Below, one piece after another: positions 34,685 to 44,483 of a stretch of 64,000 bases of DNA. Numbering within the stretch: position 1 is the first letter of the stretch; each line of letters starts with the position of its first letter. The notes beneath the pieces are model-generated. The model had not been told where the DNA came from and ran no database searches. It saw only the letters and a program-made list of their open reading frames with translations. The translations under genes and the position numbers were made by a program. The DNA is from an uncultured Cytophagales bacterium (GTDB taxonomy: Bacteria > Bacteroidota > Bacteroidia > Cytophagales > JAAEPT01): assembly GCA_963849955.1 (NCBI GenBank), contig CAWKJU010000016.1, forward strand, positions 81,735 through 145,734. Reading direction: 5' to 3'.

Positions 34685-37600
34685 TTACTCTTCGTCTTTT
34701 TTATCAGTCGTGGTAACATCTAATACTACTGGTGTAGCAATAAATATTGATGAATAAGTACCAATCAAGATTCCCATAAATAAAGCAAACGAGAACCCTC
34801 TTAATGCTTCACCACCAAAGATTAACAAGATAGCCACTACTAATAATGTAGTTAACGAAGTCATCATCGTACGACTTAGAGTGCTATTAATTGAGTTATT
34901 CAAAATTGCTGACATTTCAGCTTTTGATGTGTTTTTCTTAGTCGTGCCCGCTAAAAACTCACGCACACGGTCAAACACAACCACGGTATCATTAATTGAA
35001 TAACCAACTATTGTCAACATTGCCGCTATAAAGACTTCGTCAATTTCAAACGAGAAGCCTAAAACTCTTGCAATGGCAAATACAGAAAGAACCATTAATA
35101 CGTCATGCAATAATGCAATGAAAGCACCAATACCAAATCCAATTTTTCTAAATCGGAAAACGATGTAAATGAATATACAAACCAACGCAATGATGATAGA
35201 CTCCAATGAGGTTGTCTTGATATCATCAGCAATTGTTGGACCGACAACAATTGTTTGAACAACTTCTGGTTTCAAATCATTATATGGCGCTAAACCTTCC
35301 ATAAGTTTAACTCTAACCAACGAATCAGCATTCCGTGCTTCTGAGTTGATCATGTAACTCGTAGTGATTTGAATTTGATCATTCCCATCAAACGATTTAA
35401 CTTCAGTACTTGCGTCAGTAAACACGTTGTTCAACTCGCCTTTTACTTTAGTAGCACTAACTTCGCCACCAAACTTCACGATGTAGGAGTGACCACCTTG
35501 GAAAGCAACACCTAAGTTTAATCCTTGAGTGAACATCAAACCTAGACCAGCAATAATTACAATTCCAGAAGCGATGTAAGCGATTTTTCTTTTACCCATA
35601 AAATCATGCTGTGGGTTTTTAAATAGTCCTCTTGAAATTGCCGTTTCAAAAGTAATCCCTGATTCACTTTTCCCTTTTACTAGATATTCTACCACTAGGC
35701 GTGTAATGAATACTGCTGAGAAGAAAGAAGAAACGATACCAATTCCTAAGGTAACTGCAAAACCTTTTACCAAACCTGATCCAAAATAAGCTAAGATTAA
35801 AGCAATCATTAACGTAGTGATGTTGGAGTCAAAAATTGTCCAGAAGGCACGAGAGTACCCGTTATCGATAGCGATTTTTAAAGGTTTGCCAGCCGCAAGC
35901 TCTTCGCGAATACGCTCAAATATTAGTACGTTAGCATCAATGGCCATACCCATGGTTAACACGATACCAGCAATACCTGGCAATGTTAAAGCTGCTCCAA
36001 CTCCTTTTTGAGCTAGTAACCCAAGAATAAAGAAGATGTTAAACAACAAAGCAATATCAGCTACTAAACCACCTTTGCTGTAGTACAACACCATAAACAA
36101 CACTACTAATACTAAACCAGCAACCAAACTTAACAAACCTCTATCAATAGCTGCCTGACCTAAAGAAGGCCCTACAACAACCATTCGCTCAATGTCCATA
36201 GGAGCAGGAAGACGACCCGCTTTTAAGATTCTAGCTAAGGTTTTCGTTTCTTCCATATCGAAGTTTCCGCTGATAACAGACTTACCATTCGGAATAGCCG
36301 TGTTCACCACTGGAGCAGAAAACACCACGTTATCCAAGGTTACTGCTACTTGCTTACCAATGTTTTCTTCGGTCAATCGTTTCCACTTTTTAGCGCCTTC
36401 AACATTCATATCCATTCCTACAGAGGGACGGCCTTTATCATCCATACTTGAGTAAGCATCTACAATTACCTCCCCGGTTAATGGTGCTTCAACATATTCA
36501 CCTTTTTTCAACACATACATTTCAACTACTCCACCATCTGCGCCAACTGCAGAGCGATCGCCCCAAGCAAAGGTCATATCTTCTGGTAGTAATGCTTGAA
36601 CATCCTTGTTATTCAACAATGCTTCGATTTTATCATAATCCTGCACACGAGCGAATATTCTACCTGACTGGGGATCAATCTGAAAATAATTAAAGATTGG
36701 ATTATCTTTCAAGAAATTTTCTTGTGCTATAGCATTGCTATCTTTTACTGCCGTATCATTTTCTAACGATTCAGAGTCTGCGAATAATTGATCATCCGCT
36801 TTTTCTTCTTTTACTGTAGTATCTCCTTCTTGTGCAAACAAACCTGCATCATCGGACCCTGGAGCAGATTGAGTTTTCTCCTCTTTGCCATCTTCTGTTT
36901 CTCCTTGTTCTACCAAATACTGATTAATTTTTTGGATATAAGGATAACTCTCTTGAATGTCCCAAACTTCACTAAACTCCAATTTAGCCACCGCTTTCAA
37001 TTGGTAAGCTATGTTTTCTTGGTCATCAGCACCTGGTAACTCTACTTCAATTCTTCCAGTTGATTTCACTGCTTGAATGACTGGAGAAGCTGTACCGAAC
37101 TTATCAATACGCGATCTTAAAACGATTAATGAACGGTCGATCGCATCATCCAATTCACCATCAATGATTTTAATGATTTCTTCATCCGTTGAATTCGGGT
37201 TGATTTCAAACTTGTTGTCTACATTGACAAAAATCTCAGACATCTTATCTTTTCCTTTTCGCTCTTGAAAAGCATTTAAGAAAAGTGTTGTGAATTTTTC
37301 TTGTGTCGATTTTTGAGCAGTTTTAGCTTCTTCAATCGCTGCAAGAAAATCTTCGTCTTGACTGTTGTCACTCATTGCTTTTAAAATCTCTACTGGAGAA
37401 ACTATCAACGTAGCATGAATACCACCCTGAAGATCAAGACCTAAGTTAAGTGACCATTGTTTTACTTCTTGAAAAGTATAGCCTAAATAGACTTCTTTTT
37501 TCCAAAGGGAGTCTCTATAGGCACGCATAGAGGTCTTTCTTAATGAATCAAGATTTATGTTTTCATTCGCAGCTCTAGCTTCGGCTACTCTTGCTTCACC

Positions 37601-37714
37601 ATGTTCGGCAATTTCTGTGTCAATTTTATTTGCCATATAGGTAAATGACAGCGAGAAGAGACATATCGCTGTAATAGCCACTGACAAAAAGATGATAGCA
37701 CCTTTGTTTTTCAT
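34685..37714 (-). CDS. secDF: Protein translocase subunit SecDF (fused)
   Basis: 1009 aa. An N-terminal TM helix and a large periplasmic domain are followed by two 6-TM SecD/SecF modules (GIAGIVLTMGMAIDANVLIFERIREE and LTIVGYSINDTVVVFDRVRE). Confidence 0.95.
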   Translation of the reverse strand: MKNKGAIIFLSVAITAICLFSLSFTYMANKIDTEIAEHGEARVAEARAANENINLDSLRKTSMRAYRDSLWKKEVYLGYTFQEVKQWSLNLGLDLQGGIHATLIVSPVEILKAMSDNSQDEDFLAAIEEAKTAQKSTQEKFTTLFLNAFQERKGKDKMSEIFVNVDNKFEINPNSTDEEIIKIIDGELDDAIDRSLIVLRSRIDKFGTASPVIQAVKSTGRIEVELPGADDQENIAYQLKAVAKLEFSEVWDIQESYPYIQKINQYLVEQGETEDGKEEKTQSAPGSDDAGLFAQEGDTTVKEEKADDQLFADSESLENDTAVKDSNAIAQENFLKDNPIFNYFQIDPQSGRIFARVQDYDKIEALLNNKDVQALLPEDMTFAWGDRSAVGADGGVVEMYVLKKGEYVEAPLTGEVIVDAYSSMDDKGRPSVGMDMNVEGAKKWKRLTEENIGKQVAVTLDNVVFSAPVVNTAIPNGKSVISGNFDMEETKTLARILKAGRLPAPMDIERMVVVGPSLGQAAIDRGLLSLVAGLVLVVLFMVLYYSKGGLVADIALLFNIFFILGLLAQKGVGAALTLPGIAGIVLTMGMAIDANVLIFERIREELAAGKPLKIAIDNGYSRAFWTIFDSNITTLMIALILAYFGSGLVKGFAVTLGIGIVSSFFSAVFITRLVVEYLVKGKSESGITFETAISRGLFKNPQHDFMGKRKIAYIASGIVIIAGLGLMFTQGLNLGVAFQGGHSYIVKFGGEVSATKVKGELNNVFTDASTEVKSFDGNDQIQITTSYMINSEARNADSLVRVKLMEGLAPYNDLKPEVVQTIVVGPTIADDIKTTSLESIIIALVCIFIYIVFRFRKIGFGIGAFIALLHDVLMVLSVFAIARVLGFSFEIDEVFIAAMLTIVGYSINDTVVVFDRVREFLAGTTKKNTSKAEMSAILNNSINSTLSRTMMTSLTTLLVVAILLIFGGEALRGFSFALFMGILIGTYSSIFIATPVVLDVTTTDKKDEE

Positions 37715-37823
37715 ATTCGTTTATTATTAAAATTTAGTTAATACAATTTAAGGGTATAGACAACTGGTCTAAGGCAGTAGGTTCGTCAGTAATAATTACT
37801 TAAAAACTAATTTAAAAAAAACG

Positions 37824-38153
37824 TTAGGGGGCATTGGTTGTAATGCACACCTCGAATAATACTTGAAAGTAGGAAAGAACAAGATGAAGTTGTTCCAACT
37901 CCAATACTGTTTTTTGTAGTGTTTCGAAAGAAAATAGTGCTACAATATAGCTCCACTTTATGAGTTGAAATGTACTTGCAGGTATCACCGCCTCTGGATG
38001 AGCTGCTTGGATAAAATCCCCCTGATCAGCGTCTTCCTGCTCAATTGTGTCTTGAGTATCTACCGTATCAGTGCTAAACGCAACCGATTGTACTAGAATA
38101 CAACACAACAAGCTGAAGATTAAAATTCGATATGTGGCAGATAGTTTGACCAT
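37824..38153 (-). CDS. Hypothetical small secreted or membrane protein
   Basis: 109-aa ORF with a signal-like N-terminus and an acidic stretch. It has no recognisable motif, so coding status is uncertain. Confidence 0.3.
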   Translation of the reverse strand: MVKLSATYRILIFSLLCCILVQSVAFSTDTVDTQDTIEQEDADQGDFIQAAHPEAVIPASTFQLIKWSYIVALFSFETLQKTVLELEQLHLVLSYFQVLFEVCITTNAP

Positions 38154-38259
38154 TTCAAGCCTGCAATGTTACAAATTACCTGTGGATAAGTCAATGTTGA
38201 TGGGGTTTATTTGCTTTCATTCATATTTGTTTGATAGATTTATTTTAATTTGAGTCTAA

Positions 38260-39969
38260 ATGAGAGAGATCATAATTACTAAAGGCACTCTTGAAGGAGA
38301 GTTATATAAGTCAATATGCTTACTTACTTCTATTTTATGTGCTATTTGTGTGATTATCAATCATTTTTTAAATCTTGATCTCTTTTTAGATATTTCACTA
38401 GCCTTTTTCAGTCTCATTTTTGGCTGGTTGTATTTTGATTTTATTAAAAAAGATTTAACTAAGTGCCATTTTTATCTTTTCGTTTTATCATTGTTTGTGA
38501 TATATACGGTTGCTTGGCATTATTCTAATGGATTAGTTGGAGGTATGATTTCCATGTTCGGTCTTCTCCAGCTGATTCTTCTAGTAATAGTTAAAGCAAA
38601 AAAGTTAAAGTATATAAGCATAGCCGTTATCATGTATTTTAGCGCGTTATACATTTTTCAAAACTACTTTGAAAATGCTGTGGTTCCCTATAAATCTTTA
38701 CAGGAACAAGAAACCGACATCTTCATCACCACCATTATCTCGCTAATATTTGGAGGTTTAATTATGTGGAAATTCAAAAACGCTTATGAAGACGAACGTA
38801 AACAACTAAAACAAAGCAGAGATATTGAAGAAAAAGCTAAAAAAGAAGCAGAACGATACAATAACTTGCAATCAGAATTTTTAGCAAACATGAGCCATGA
38901 AATTCGTACCCCTTTGAATGGTATTATTGGTAACTCAGAATTACTACTTAACACAAAAGATCCAAAAGGTCAGCGAGAACATATTGAAGCTATTGTTCAA
39001 AGTGGTCAAATGCTATTAAGCTTAGTAAACAATGTGCTTGACTTATCGAAACTGGAATCAAATAAGCTTGAATTAAACCCCACTTATTTTTATGTCAAAG
39101 ATATATTTAATCAAGTAGAAAGTGTTTTTATTAGTATTGCACGAAAAAAAAACATTCAATTAAAATTTCACATTGACAAGAGTGTTCCTGCTTCTTTAAT
39201 AGGAGACGCTAGCCAATTAAAACAAATACTGGTAAATCTAGTCGGTAATGCTTTAAAATTCACCCATCAAGGAGTAGTTTCCATAACTGTTTCTGCAAAT
39301 TTTGAAAAAGAAGACGTAAATCTCTATTTTGAAATTTCTGATACGGGTATAGGGATTTCAGAAGAACATCAGCACCGCATTTTTGACCGTTTCTATCAGG
39401 TAAATCAACGCATTAACAGAGAATTTCAAGGTACTGGGCTGGGTTTAATTATTGCAAAAAACCTTATTGAACTCATGGAAGGAGCTATCTGGGTAGACAG
39501 CGAAGTGGGAAAAGGAAGTGTGTTTTCATTTAGTGTCAAAATGAAAGAAGCAAAAGTATTTAAACCTTCTTCTGCCTCATTATCTGATTTCCATTTACCG
39601 AATCTTCATATTCTAATAGCCGAGGATAATGAAATCAATCAAAAATTATTACAGAAACAACTCTTAGGTTTCGGGGTGAAATCAACCATTGTGGCAAACG
39701 GTTTTGAAGCGGTGAAATGTTTTGATAAAAAATCGTATGATTTAGTACTTATGGACATACAAATGCCAATATTAGATGGTATTGCTGCCTCAAAAGCTAT
39801 CCGAAAAAACACTCGAATAAAGCAGCCTATAATAATTGCACTAACCGCTAATGCTTTGAAAGATGATCGTGAAGCCTGCTTTGAAGCTGGTATGAATGAT
39901 TATTTATCGAAGCCCGTTTCTCTTCAAAATATGAAAGAAACACTCATAAAATGGTGTGGCACAAACTAA
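38260..39969 (+). CDS. Hybrid sensor histidine kinase/response regulator
   Basis: 569 aa with about 5 N-terminal TM helices. It has the H-box [12 protein letters not shown]1/G2 boxes (VGNALKF, DTGIGI, GTGLGL) and a C-terminal receiver domain ([11 protein letters not shown]..., [11 protein letters not shown]). Confidence 0.9.
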   Translation: MREIIITKGTLEGELYKSICLLTSILCAICVIINHFLNLDLFLDISLAFFSLIFGWLYFDFIKKDLTKCHFYLFVLSLFVIYTVAWHYSNGLVGGMISMFGLLQLILLVIVKAKKLKYISIAVIMYFSALYIFQNYFENAVVPYKSLQEQETDIFITTIISLIFGGLIMWKFKNAYEDERKQLKQSRDIEEKAKKEAERYNNLQSEFLANMSHEIRTPLNGIIGNSELLLNTKDPKGQREHIEAIVQSGQMLLSLVNNVLDLSKLESNKLELNPTYFYVKDIFNQVESVFISIARKKNIQLKFHIDKSVPASLIGDASQLKQILVNLVGNALKFTHQGVVSITVSANFEKEDVNLYFEISDTGIGISEEHQHRIFDRFYQVNQRINREFQGTGLGLIIAKNLIELMEGAIWVDSEVGKGSVFSFSVKMKEAKVFKPSSASLSDFHLPNLHILIAEDNEINQKLLQKQLLGFGVKSTIVANGFEAVKCFDKKSYDLVLMDIQMPILDGIAASKAIRKNTRIKQPIIIALTANALKDDREACFEAGMNDYLSKPVSLQNMKETLIKWCGTN

Positions 39970-39977
39970 TGAGGAAG

Positions 39978-41738
39978 TTAAACCTCCTCACTATGTCGTA
40001 CATCTATATTTAATTCATCTAATTGTTCTTGGGCAATAAATGATGGCGAATCAATCATCACGTCTCTACCTGCATTATTTTTTGGGAAAGCGATAAAGTC
40101 ACGGATAGAATCTGAGCCACCAAACAAGGAACATAAGCGATCAAATCCTAACGCCAAACCTGCATGTGGTGGAGCACCGTATTCAAACGCATCCATTAGA
40201 AACCCAAACTGTGCTTTTGCTTCTTCCGCAGTAAACCCTAAATGTTTGAACATCGTTGCTTGCATTTCTCTATCGTGAATTCGAACTGAACCACCTCCAA
40301 CTTCAACACCATTAATCACCATATCATACGCGTTAGCTCTTACTTCGCCTGGTTTTGTATCCAATAGCGCAAAGTCTTCTGGTTTTGGTGACGTAAACGG
40401 ATGATGCATGGCATGGTAGCGTTTGGTGTCTTCATCCCATTCCAACAGCGGGAAATCGATCACCCACAAACAGGAGAATTTTTTTGGATCTCTTAAACCC
40501 AATCGGCTACCCATTTCCAATCGTAACTCATTCATTTGTTTACGTGTGGCATCTGTATCGCCACTTAAAACCAATATTAAATCACCCGGTTCGGCACCAG
40601 TTGCATCAGCCCAGGCTTTTAAATCTTCTTGCGAATAAAATTTATCTACAGATGATTTGAAAGACCCATCTGCGTTACATTTCACATAAACTAATCCTTT
40701 AGCACCAATTTGTGGTTTTTTCACAAACTCCGTTAAGGCATCTAATTCTTTTCTGGTATACTCTGCACACCCTTTAGCACAAATACCCACTACTAACTCT
40801 GCTGAATCAAATATGCTAAATCCTTTGTTTTGAGCTAATGTATTTAACTCTACAAATTTCATATCAAAACGTGTATCCGGCTTATCACAACCATAGTACT
40901 TCATTGCATCTGCATAATCCATACGTGGTAATTCAGGAATATCAATTCCTTTCACTGTTTTGAATAGGTGACGGACAAAACCTTCGAACATGTTCAACAC
41001 ATCTTCTTGCGTAACAAATGACATTTCACAGTCAATTTGTGTAAACTCCGGCTGGCGATCTGCTCGTAAATCTTCATCGCGGAAACATTTCACAATCTGG
41101 AAATAACGGTCGAAACCACTTACCATCAACAATTGCTTAAACGTTTGTGGGGATTGTGGTAAGGCGTAAAACTGCCCTGGATTCATTCGGGATGGCACCA
41201 CAAAGTCACGTGCTCCTTCGGGAGTTGATTTAATTAAAACTGGGGTTTCTACTTCCAAGAAATTTTGACCATCCAAATAGTTTCTAGTTTCACGCATCAA
41301 CCGATGGCGCAATTCTAGATTTTTACGTACTGGATTTCTTCTTAAATCTAAATAACGGTACTTCATTCGAAGATCATCACCACCATCTGTTTCATCTTCT
41401 ATTAAGAAGGGAGGTAGCTTCGCGGGATTTAACACGTTGATATTAGCTATTTTAATATCGATATCACCAGTCGCCATTTTATCATTTTTTGACACTCGCT
41501 CTATGACTTCCCCCTCTACTTGCAACACAAATTCTCTTCCGAGGTGACTCGCTTTTTCAAACACGGATTTGTCAGTGATACTCTCATCTAAGATTAATTG
41601 TGTGATTCCATAACGGTCACGTAAATCAACCCAAATAAGTGCTCCTTTGTCGCGTACGCGCTGTACCCAACCGCATAGAGTTACCTGATTTCCAACATGT
41701 TCTAATCTTAATTCACCGCAAGTATGTGTTCTAAGCAT
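39978..41738 (-). CDS. aspS: Aspartate--tRNA ligase
   Basis: The start is moved to the ATG at 41738 ([11 protein letters not shown]..., the canonical AspRS N-terminus). Class II motifs are present ([35 protein letters not shown]). The 28-codon extension in the ORF track is not homologous-looking. Confidence 0.95.
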   Translation of the reverse strand: MLRTHTCGELRLEHVGNQVTLCGWVQRVRDKGALIWVDLRDRYGITQLILDESITDKSVFEKASHLGREFVLQVEGEVIERVSKNDKMATGDIDIKIANINVLNPAKLPPFLIEDETDGGDDLRMKYRYLDLRRNPVRKNLELRHRLMRETRNYLDGQNFLEVETPVLIKSTPEGARDFVVPSRMNPGQFYALPQSPQTFKQLLMVSGFDRYFQIVKCFRDEDLRADRQPEFTQIDCEMSFVTQEDVLNMFEGFVRHLFKTVKGIDIPELPRMDYADAMKYYGCDKPDTRFDMKFVELNTLAQNKGFSIFDSAELVVGICAKGCAEYTRKELDALTEFVKKPQIGAKGLVYVKCNADGSFKSSVDKFYSQEDLKAWADATGAEPGDLILVLSGDTDATRKQMNELRLEMGSRLGLRDPKKFSCLWVIDFPLLEWDEDTKRYHAMHHPFTSPKPEDFALLDTKPGEVRANAYDMVINGVEVGGGSVRIHDREMQATMFKHLGFTAEEAKAQFGFLMDAFEYGAPPHAGLALGFDRLCSLFGGSDSIRDFIAFPKNNAGRDVMIDSPSFIAQEQLDELNIDVRHSEEV

Positions 41739-41822
41739 AATGGTCTGTTTTTTGAAGACTGCAAATTTAAGTAATTCACCATCATATTTACTAAATTGCA
41801 ACTCTTTTAACATAAAAAGCAC

Positions 41823-42413
41823 ATGAAAAACGTCACCATTTTCCTTATATTATTAGCTATTTCGGTATGTAAAGCGCAAGAAACACCTGTTTTGAAGAAA
41901 ACAGATGTGAATGGAAAAGTAAGTATTTTAGTGCCCACCGCTTTTCATCAACTGTCTGAGCAAGATTTAGTGCAACAGTTTGGAATGGTTCATATGCCTG
42001 AAGCTGCTTACGCTAGTACCAACAATGAGGTGACCTTGGCAATCTCTATTCGCGTGGATTCGGTGAGTTCTACCATCAAATATAAAAGTACGGAGGGTAA
42101 AAAAGACTCGTTAGATTTAGCGATAGAAAAATCATTTTATAAAGCATCTTTAGGAGCAACTTATGAAGAAATAACTTTCTTAAAAGATGCTATTGTTACC
42201 ATCGACAAACACCCTTTTATGGTGTTTGAGTTTGAGTCTACTTTAGTAGGTGAAACCTCAAAAGGAGCAGAAATAAGCACTAAGCAGTACAACTATCTTG
42301 CGCATGGATATAAAGGGAAAAAGAAATACATTATCACTTTTTCATGCCCCTTGGAGTTGAAGGCTACCTGGCAACCGTTAGCACAACAAATTATTGATTC
42401 GGTAAAGATTTAA
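41823..42413 (+). CDS. Secreted hypothetical protein
   Basis: 196 aa with a signal peptide ([18 protein letters not shown]). It has no recognisable motif. Confidence 0.5.
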   Translation: MKNVTIFLILLAISVCKAQETPVLKKTDVNGKVSILVPTAFHQLSEQDLVQQFGMVHMPEAAYASTNNEVTLAISIRVDSVSSTIKYKSTEGKKDSLDLAIEKSFYKASLGATYEEITFLKDAIVTIDKHPFMVFEFESTLVGETSKGAEISTKQYNYLAHGYKGKKKYIITFSCPLELKATWQPLAQQIIDSVKI

Positions 42414-42421
42414 TCTACATA

Positions 42422-43486
42422 TTAATTCTTTACAATTTTAATATGGTCGGTATGATTTATCGTTAATCGATATACACCTGATTTTAGAGATTTCAACTCT
42501 AAAGAATTTGCCCAAAATGCTTTTCCACTTGTAATTACTTTTCCATAGCTATTGGTTATTTCATAATCAAAATCTATTTCAGTTTCACTATTTGGAGAAT
42601 ATACTCTAGTTTGATTATTTACTGGGTTAGGGTAGGCTGTTACCACCTCTTCAAAGCTTGAATTATGAATAGCAACAATATCAAAGGATTCAAAATTCCC
42701 ATCTAAATCGTATTGAGTAAGTCTGTAATAAAGAGTAGTTATTTTGGGTAAGTAATCGTCTACAAAAGAATACTCTTTTATTTGTTGACTATGCTTACTT
42801 CCAACAACCTCACCTATACTGTAAAAGTCAATCCCATTTTCGCTTCGTTCAATTTCAAAATAATCATTATTTAATTCCATTGCTGTTTTCCAACTTACAA
42901 TGATATTAGAATTAACTTTTTTTGCATCAAAGCTTAATAATGCTATAGGTAGCGGTGCAACACCGACATTTATCCCTCCGCTATCAATAATTGACGAAGC
43001 AAACTGGTTTCCTCTATAGGAAGTTGTTCCGATATTAATCCGCACATTTCCACCATTTGGTGCAGACAACCCTAATTGTCCATCAGCATCATTAGCGTCA
43101 CCATTATTCGCTGGGTTCACTTGAATATAGGAAGAGTTATTCATGCTTAATACCCTCGCTGAACGACCACTTCCAGGAAAAGAAAGCTGACTGGTTTGCC
43201 CAATTAAATTCAGAAGAACCTTATAGTTTCTTAAATCCCAATCGTCTCCTAACTCAACTTTAGTACCGTCAGGCACCCTAACCTCCACCATTGTTGAACC
43301 ACCAATAACAGAACATGTTATTGGACAAACATTAGCGATACATTTAATGATATTTGCATTCTTAGTCACACCTGAATTTAATGTACACACCTGTGATAGT
43401 GTTAAAGAATCAACAGTTAATACCAATAGAAAAGCGGTTGTTATTTTTATATAATAATTAATTATCTTACTTATATATATTTCCAT
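42422..43486 (-). CDS. Secreted protein with a T9SS type-A C-terminal sorting domain
   Basis: 354 aa. The C-terminal roughly 80 aa (YPNPVNNQTRVY...LKSGVYRLTI...KIVK) fits the Por/T9SS CTD pattern. The N-terminal region is Cys-containing and beta-rich. Confidence 0.7.
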   Translation of the reverse strand: MEIYISKIINYYIKITTAFLLVLTVDSLTLSQVCTLNSGVTKNANIIKCIANVCPITCSVIGGSTMVEVRVPDGTKVELGDDWDLRNYKVLLNLIGQTSQLSFPGSGRSARVLSMNNSSYIQVNPANNGDANDADGQLGLSAPNGGNVRINIGTTSYRGNQFASSIIDSGGINVGVAPLPIALLSFDAKKVNSNIIVSWKTAMELNNDYFEIERSENGIDFYSIGEVVGSKHSQQIKEYSFVDDYLPKITTLYYRLTQYDLDGNFESFDIVAIHNSSFEEVVTAYPNPVNNQTRVYSPNSETEIDFDYEITNSYGKVITSGKAFWANSLELKSLKSGVYRLTINHTDHIKIVKN

Positions 43487-43778
43487 GATCTTGTTGTTTA
43501 GTAATCATGGATACGGATGTTTTTTAATAAAGTATTTGATTAAAAATGTATTTAAAACGTTTAAATAGCTTTTTACGGTGAATCAGATCATTTAAACGTT
43601 AAAACAAAAATAATTAATTAATATTTTAAATATTACATCACAAAAAAAAATGAACAATAATGTAAGTATTTGAAATTTCGTATTGTCTTCCAGAAAAAAA
43701 GAAGCCTCTAATTTAAATTAATCTGTTAGCTATAAAAATTAGATTCTTCCATGAGGAGTGATCCAAATTGGTAGCCTT

Positions 43779-44342
43779 TCAATAGTTAATATTAATGTAT
43801 CCTGGATACTTCACCTGTTTTCCTGCAATTTGAAAAGAGGGCTTTAACTTAAAAGTAAACACATTGGGGTTGCTTGGGTTATCAGAAATTGCCCAAAGAA
43901 TGGATGTTATTTCTGAATAACTATAATCGCTAAGCACTTTAAATATATCAAAGCTCGCCTTAAGGGGAAGTGTCCCTTTTCCTCCATTGCCAAGCACCTC
44001 TATTCGCTGACTGGTAGTACCCAATAGCACCTCTTTGTTTTTCACCTGAAGAATCCAATCCACCGTATTGAGTACCGCTTTTTTAGGGTTCTCATTTACT
44101 ACCTCGACATCCATTTGAAGGTCAATTTTCAAACTTCGTTCTGCAAAGGCTTTTGACAAGCTAAAACTCTCAGCCGTACTAAAGTCTGACAGTTCATCTT
44201 TTCCTAAAACATTAATACTATTAGCCTTTAATTCAACAACTTCGTCATAATTAAAATCACATTTTGCAAACCGTGCAGAACGGGTGAGGACGCAGCCTGT
44301 AGCAAAAATTATTAGCGGAATAATAAAGAGGTGTTTTTTCAT
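43779..44342 (-). CDS. Lipoprotein, LEA-2/NDR1-HIN1-like beta-sandwich (tentative)
   Basis: 187 aa with a lipobox (FATGCVL). The fold guess is by eye only. Confidence 0.5.
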   Translation of the reverse strand: MKKHLFIIPLIIFATGCVLTRSARFAKCDFNYDEVVELKANSINVLGKDELSDFSTAESFSLSKAFAERSLKIDLQMDVEVVNENPKKAVLNTVDWILQVKNKEVLLGTTSQRIEVLGNGGKGTLPLKASFDIFKVLSDYSYSEITSILWAISDNPSNPNVFTFKLKPSFQIAGKQVKYPGYININY

Positions 44343-44410
44343 GCTTTTTTTTAAGCTATTAGCAGTTGGTTTTTAGTTTTTAGCTAAAAATAAGATTTCT
44401 ATCTACTTCA

Positions 44411-44480
44411 GTCTTGATTCTTGGTTCATGTATCTAGTTTCTTGGTTCTTGGTTCTTGACTCTATCATCTTGGTTCTATA
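44411..44480 (-). repeat. Phased 7-nt tandem array (TTCTTGG consensus on +, CCAAGAA on the coding strand) ending 3 nt from the polA stop codon
   Basis: Ten indel-free heptamers: gtcttga ttcttgg ttcatgt atctagt ttcttgg ttcttgg ttcttga ctctatc atcttgg ttctata. Confidence 0.8.
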
Positions 44481-44483
44481 AAA

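Noticed and set aside
39970-39995. A short hairpin (tgagga...tcctca) between the convergent histidine kinase and aspS genes, considered as a terminator.
   Set aside because: The stem is only 6 bp, it overlaps the aspS coding end and it has no U-tract.
41739-41822. The 28-codon N-terminal extension of the aspS ORF in the track ([10 protein letters not shown]...).
   Set aside because: The canonical AspRS N-terminus ([11 protein letters not shown]) starts at the internal ATG at 41738. The extension would also abut the divergent gene start at 41823.
43555-43599. An 11-bp inverted repeat, aacgtttaaat / atttaaacgtt, separated by 23 nt in the AT-rich region upstream of the T9SS-substrate gene.
   Set aside because: It is a single copy in very AT-rich sequence where such matches arise easily. 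It could be an operator, but there is no second line of evidence.
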